Under the pieces are notes generated by a model. The model did no database searches. It saw only the letters and a program-made list of their open reading frames with translations, and had not been told where the DNA came from. This document shows positions 60,201 through 64,000 of a stretch of DNA of 64,000 bases, piece after piece. Numbering within the stretch: position 1 is the stretch's first letter; each line of letters starts with the position of its first letter. Location: contig OZ038378.1 of assembly GCA_964036045.1 (NCBI GenBank), positions 38,068,001 through 38,132,000 of the forward strand, in the 5' to 3' direction. Both the position numbers and the translations under genes were made by a program. This DNA comes from Eutreptiella sp. 'Long Island Sound 2002' (lineage: Eukaryota > Protista > Euglenida).

Positions 60201-63200
60201 GAAGAGTCTCATCTTCTTTTGCCCCATGGCTCCCGGCTATCCGTGTAGGCTCTCTTCTCGTATGAGTTGTCCGAAGCGAGTTGGCAGCCCTTTGTAGAGG
60301 TGGCCCCAAGCCTCACAATTTCCAAAATAGCCCCAAAATTTGCACACGGTATGCAAACCGCGGAGCCTCCCCTCGGCCAGAAGGATGTTTTTCGGTCGTA
60401 GGGCAACAAGGGGGGTATTGAACGTAACCGCATGCACCAGGGGTCTCCCTCGACCTTCACACCCCGATCTACCCGCTGTGCGGGCAAGTGGTGCGAGACA
60501 TGGACTCATTGCCGTACCATGGAGCGAGGACGGGTTCGCTGAGGAATGACAGCCCAGTGTGTGGGCCCCGAACACATGCTTGGTCCTCCCATAGCTGCAG
60601 AGGCATAGTCCCTTTTTCACGCCGAGGGGTGTGCCGACTCCCCCGGCAAGGGCTATTGCAACGGCTACCATTACTACCAAGACAATGACGGACAAGATTG
60701 TTGCCACCCGAGCCGTGGGGACACGTGGCGGAGCTCACATTAGTGGTTCCCCCGGGCCAAAGATTGGTGCGTGTTGCTAATGTTGACACTGTGAGGCGGC
60801 AGAGGGGCGGCAGGAACCGCCCCTCCCATGCCCATTGTGTCCCGGGCATCCATTGCCGTACTTGGCGTGTGGGTAGCCACCTGAGACGACTCAGAATGCT
60901 GCCCATAAGCCACGCCTTGGCTTGGTGTTGGGCACCTGTTGTACATGGGCCGGTCCCACCTCCCTCCTTCATCCTCCGCAGTGCGACCTCGCAAGAAAGG
61001 GCACAAAAAGTTTCCCCCCTCAAGGGTTTTGTTGCAAATGTTGTGCATGCCGTACCTGTTAGTGGTGTCGACGAGACATCCTCATCATTATACACCGAGT
61101 GCACGTTCCTCACTTTGTCTACGATCTCACATGCACCATATCTTTCACCGTCCACTCACCAAGCAGTGTGCCGTTGTTGTCAGCGCTTGGGCCACAAATC
61201 ATGGCGTTCTAGTACCCCGCATCAGCTAGTTGATGTGTCATCAAGGTTCGCTTACACGACAAATATTTTTGCAATTTATGTCACCAATCATGTGTGTTCC
61301 AATGGTAGCGCCATTAATAGGCACCTCTCGTCGGCAAGCCTTTGTTTGCATGGTTCAAGGCTCGGTGCCTCGTCCATTGCAGGGTCTAGCGATGACACAT
61401 ACAATGTCATGACATTCTACGCAAGTTGGTAATTTTGACCATCCCTTTTTGTACGTTGACACAACTTCCGACGGTTTGTAGGCCAGTTATTCACAACAGT
61501 CCGCTCAATCCCCCCACTCACCGGTGGATTGGGATGTAGTCTTAGGTACATTGGAGTCTTTTCATATTCCATGTCAACACCCCCGCACCGGTTGGGGCCA
61601 CAGAAATAGGTTTTCAATGGCCCTGAAGCACAGCACAATAGAAGGATATATGGTCCCATGGCACTTGGACCGGGATAGAAAACCTTGCGTTTGTGTCTGT
61701 GGTAAGTAATGGCCACCAACAACAAAATTGATGAACACATTTGCGCCTTTTGGCTATGAGGTTTTTCCTTTTTAGGATTGTGGTTGTATAGCCGGTTTTC
61801 AATTGTCGCCAGCATCGCACATTGGTTACACACCTGGCGTTGAGACTTAGAGGGGTCCGGTTGGAGTCCAAGCTCGGGGCGGGTGAAGTAGCCATGAGAC
61901 ACCGTTTTTCAAGCAGTGTTGTTGCTTTTTTACTCCTAAATGGTGTGGCCTCCTTTGAGCTACACAGTTCTTTGTCGACACGCACCATTCAAATGCCACC
62001 AGCTGCAATACTGCGAATTTTGCCGATACTTCATCTACCTTCCGTGTACCATAATGGGCACAAGGCCGTGGTTCGGGCCTAGAGGAGCAGGTTCAAGCCT
62101 TGGCTCATGGGGGGGGGTTGTTGTGATGCGATCGATGTGGATTTTCTGCCGTCGACGGTAGTAGGGCATAATTTGCTGCAGTGTAGTCTGTGGTGCACAA
62201 ATAGGCTCACATTGTCCAAAAGAAGATGTACCTTAGCACTCTTCGAACACGATTTCACGTGGCCACGGGGCGGTGGCCAACCACTAGTTGCAAAATGAGG
62301 CCATGAAAAAGCCGTAGGATTTGCCCCCCGGATGAGACACACCCTGCTGAGGGGCGATTTCCCCTTCCCCATGTACTCTTGCACTCCATGTCAGCGAACA
62401 TGCAAGGTATGCCACTAGAGAGCTAGCCCTCGGGGGCCCTAGCCTGCAATGTTTTATTGTGGCAGATGCAGTTGTATGCATAGTATGCATAGTACTACGC
62501 AGTACAAGAGAGGTTCCTCACAGGTTAGAAAACCAAGAAGAGCTACACCCTCACACTTGTGCGGCTTTGATCCCATCTCCAGGGGTGGTGGAGAGCCTTG
62601 AAAACCTCATGATATGGCCATATTGGGGCATCTTTGACGCATATTCGACCGTGCAAGTTTCCTCCAAAACCTTGAAATCGGCAATCTTAGGACGAGCAGT
62701 GCAGTGCAGTGGGGTTCGGGGAGCAGGGATAAGGGGGGCGTGTCTCACGAACTGGCTAAGTGAGCGAGGAAAGGTTTTTTTGGGGGGGGGGGGGGTATCG
62801 AGGAGGATTTTGGGGCGAGTTGTTTAGAGGCATGGACTATCGGGGAGGGATGCGGGGGGCGCTTGGGGGCATGTTTGTAGAGCAAACGAAGCAAGTGAGG
62901 AAGGGTTTCTGAGGGCGGGGGGGTTATTGGGGAATGCGGGGGAGTATGTTTCTCAAATGCGAAGTGAGTGAGGAAATGTTTTGAGCCCCCCCCCTTCCTT
63001 GGAACCGCCCCCAGGGGCTTGGCGGGGTATGGTAATCGCCCCAACTGCAAGGGGGCCTCGTGAAATGAGCTTCAAGGGGTGCGCATTTCGACTTGATGGG
63101 AGTGTCGCAGAGAGAGCTGTTTCGAATTTTGGGGCTGATGGTAGGTCGGGCCTGCTGACTGTGGGCGTGCCCTATCCATGAGCTGACCTCAACCTGCTCG

Positions 63201-64000
63201 TGACACATTCGGCAGCCATTGATGAGTGGCAAACTCAAGGCAAATTTGGTACTTGTTGAAGTCGAACTGATTGAGTCTGGCATGAGGTCAGGATCATGCT
63301 AGTTACTTCAAAACCTGACGTCATGGCCCTATGCTGCCCCCTTGGACCCCCTCCCCCCTTGCCTCCCCCCTCCATTGAAACCTGGGATTTTCCTGGGTTG
63401 GTTTGTGGGGTGCTGTCACATGAGCGCTTTTTGGGGGGGAGTCCAGCGACCCCTGCCCCCCCCTCAAGTGAAAGTCCGCGCACCCCCACTATTGTTGCAT
63501 TATGGCTATGTATGGGATCCCTGTCAGACTATCATTTGGCATGAGCTTGGGCTAGGGGGGTACTTCAGCGTTGTGATCCACATGAAGGATGTGTCAGAAC
63601 ATGTATTCCCCGGAGTTGCTGAGGCTAGTGCGGAGCTGATCCCCATGTTAGGATATGTAAGCCCTGCACCTTTGACATGGTGGGCATGTGATCAGTTTGT
63701 AACCCCAGTCTGGGAGGATCCGACATGGGTTTGCGCACTTGTTTGATTGCGGAGCACCAAGCTACCTTTCTTCCGTGATTGGAAACACAGGATGTGTGGC
63801 ATCTTGTGGCCAGTTAAAGGTGCCCCTTTGCCAGATCATGTGCTGCACACTGAGACTTTGGTGCTGACAACAATTGCCTAAAATTGCTTTTGCTGGAATG
63901 TGCAGGGCGCCAGTGGTTGACAGCATGACATGGCTACATCCCAGTAGCTGAAAGCGCTAAGATAGGTGACGGTTCCACATTCATATTGCAGAGGCGCTGG

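Noticed and set aside
1-64000. rRNA, tRNA or spliced-leader RNA genes
   Set aside because: None recognised by eye; a tRNAscan/Infernal run would be needed to exclude them formally.

Overview
Repeat-dense, gene-poor eukaryotic nuclear DNA, probably from a photosynthetic euglenid (inferred from LHCII polyprotein units joined by SPVAMFA/TPSVAMFAA-type linkers). No intact host gene is visible; the window is a stack of nested insertions whose junctions resolve to the base. (1) 1-~5200: decayed multi-gene DNA transposon (element A) with a Transib/RAG1/CMC-type DDE transposase and a 2OG-Fe(II) dioxygenase-like cargo gene. (2) ~5500-15900 (-): old APE-RT LINE whose endonuclease is split by a 5.9-kb insertion with a 16-bp TSD and (TATGAC)3 tail that carries an intronless, degenerate LHC polyprotein array. 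(3) From ~16120: an RNase H remnant whose 3' ~572 bp was amplified in situ into a ~25-copy satellite ending near 55030, with a 3-mer higher-order repeat in its core. (4) The satellite is interrupted by element B (34-bp TIRs, AA TSD, relative of A) and a 3.9-kb TIR element C. (5) Inside the left TIR of B sits an apparently full-length 13.7-kb poly(A) LINE (15-bp TSD). Its ~8.3-kb ORF1 looks like a polyprotein with a ubiquitin-like domain ending in GG, four 2A-like StopGo motifs and a RING finger; its ORF2 has a fifth 2A-like motif followed by APE-RT-RNase H. (6) 55040-56545: a 72-bp double-hairpin satellite. (7) 56.5-64 kb: degenerate, mostly unassignable. All protein assignments are by-eye motif recognition; no searches were run.
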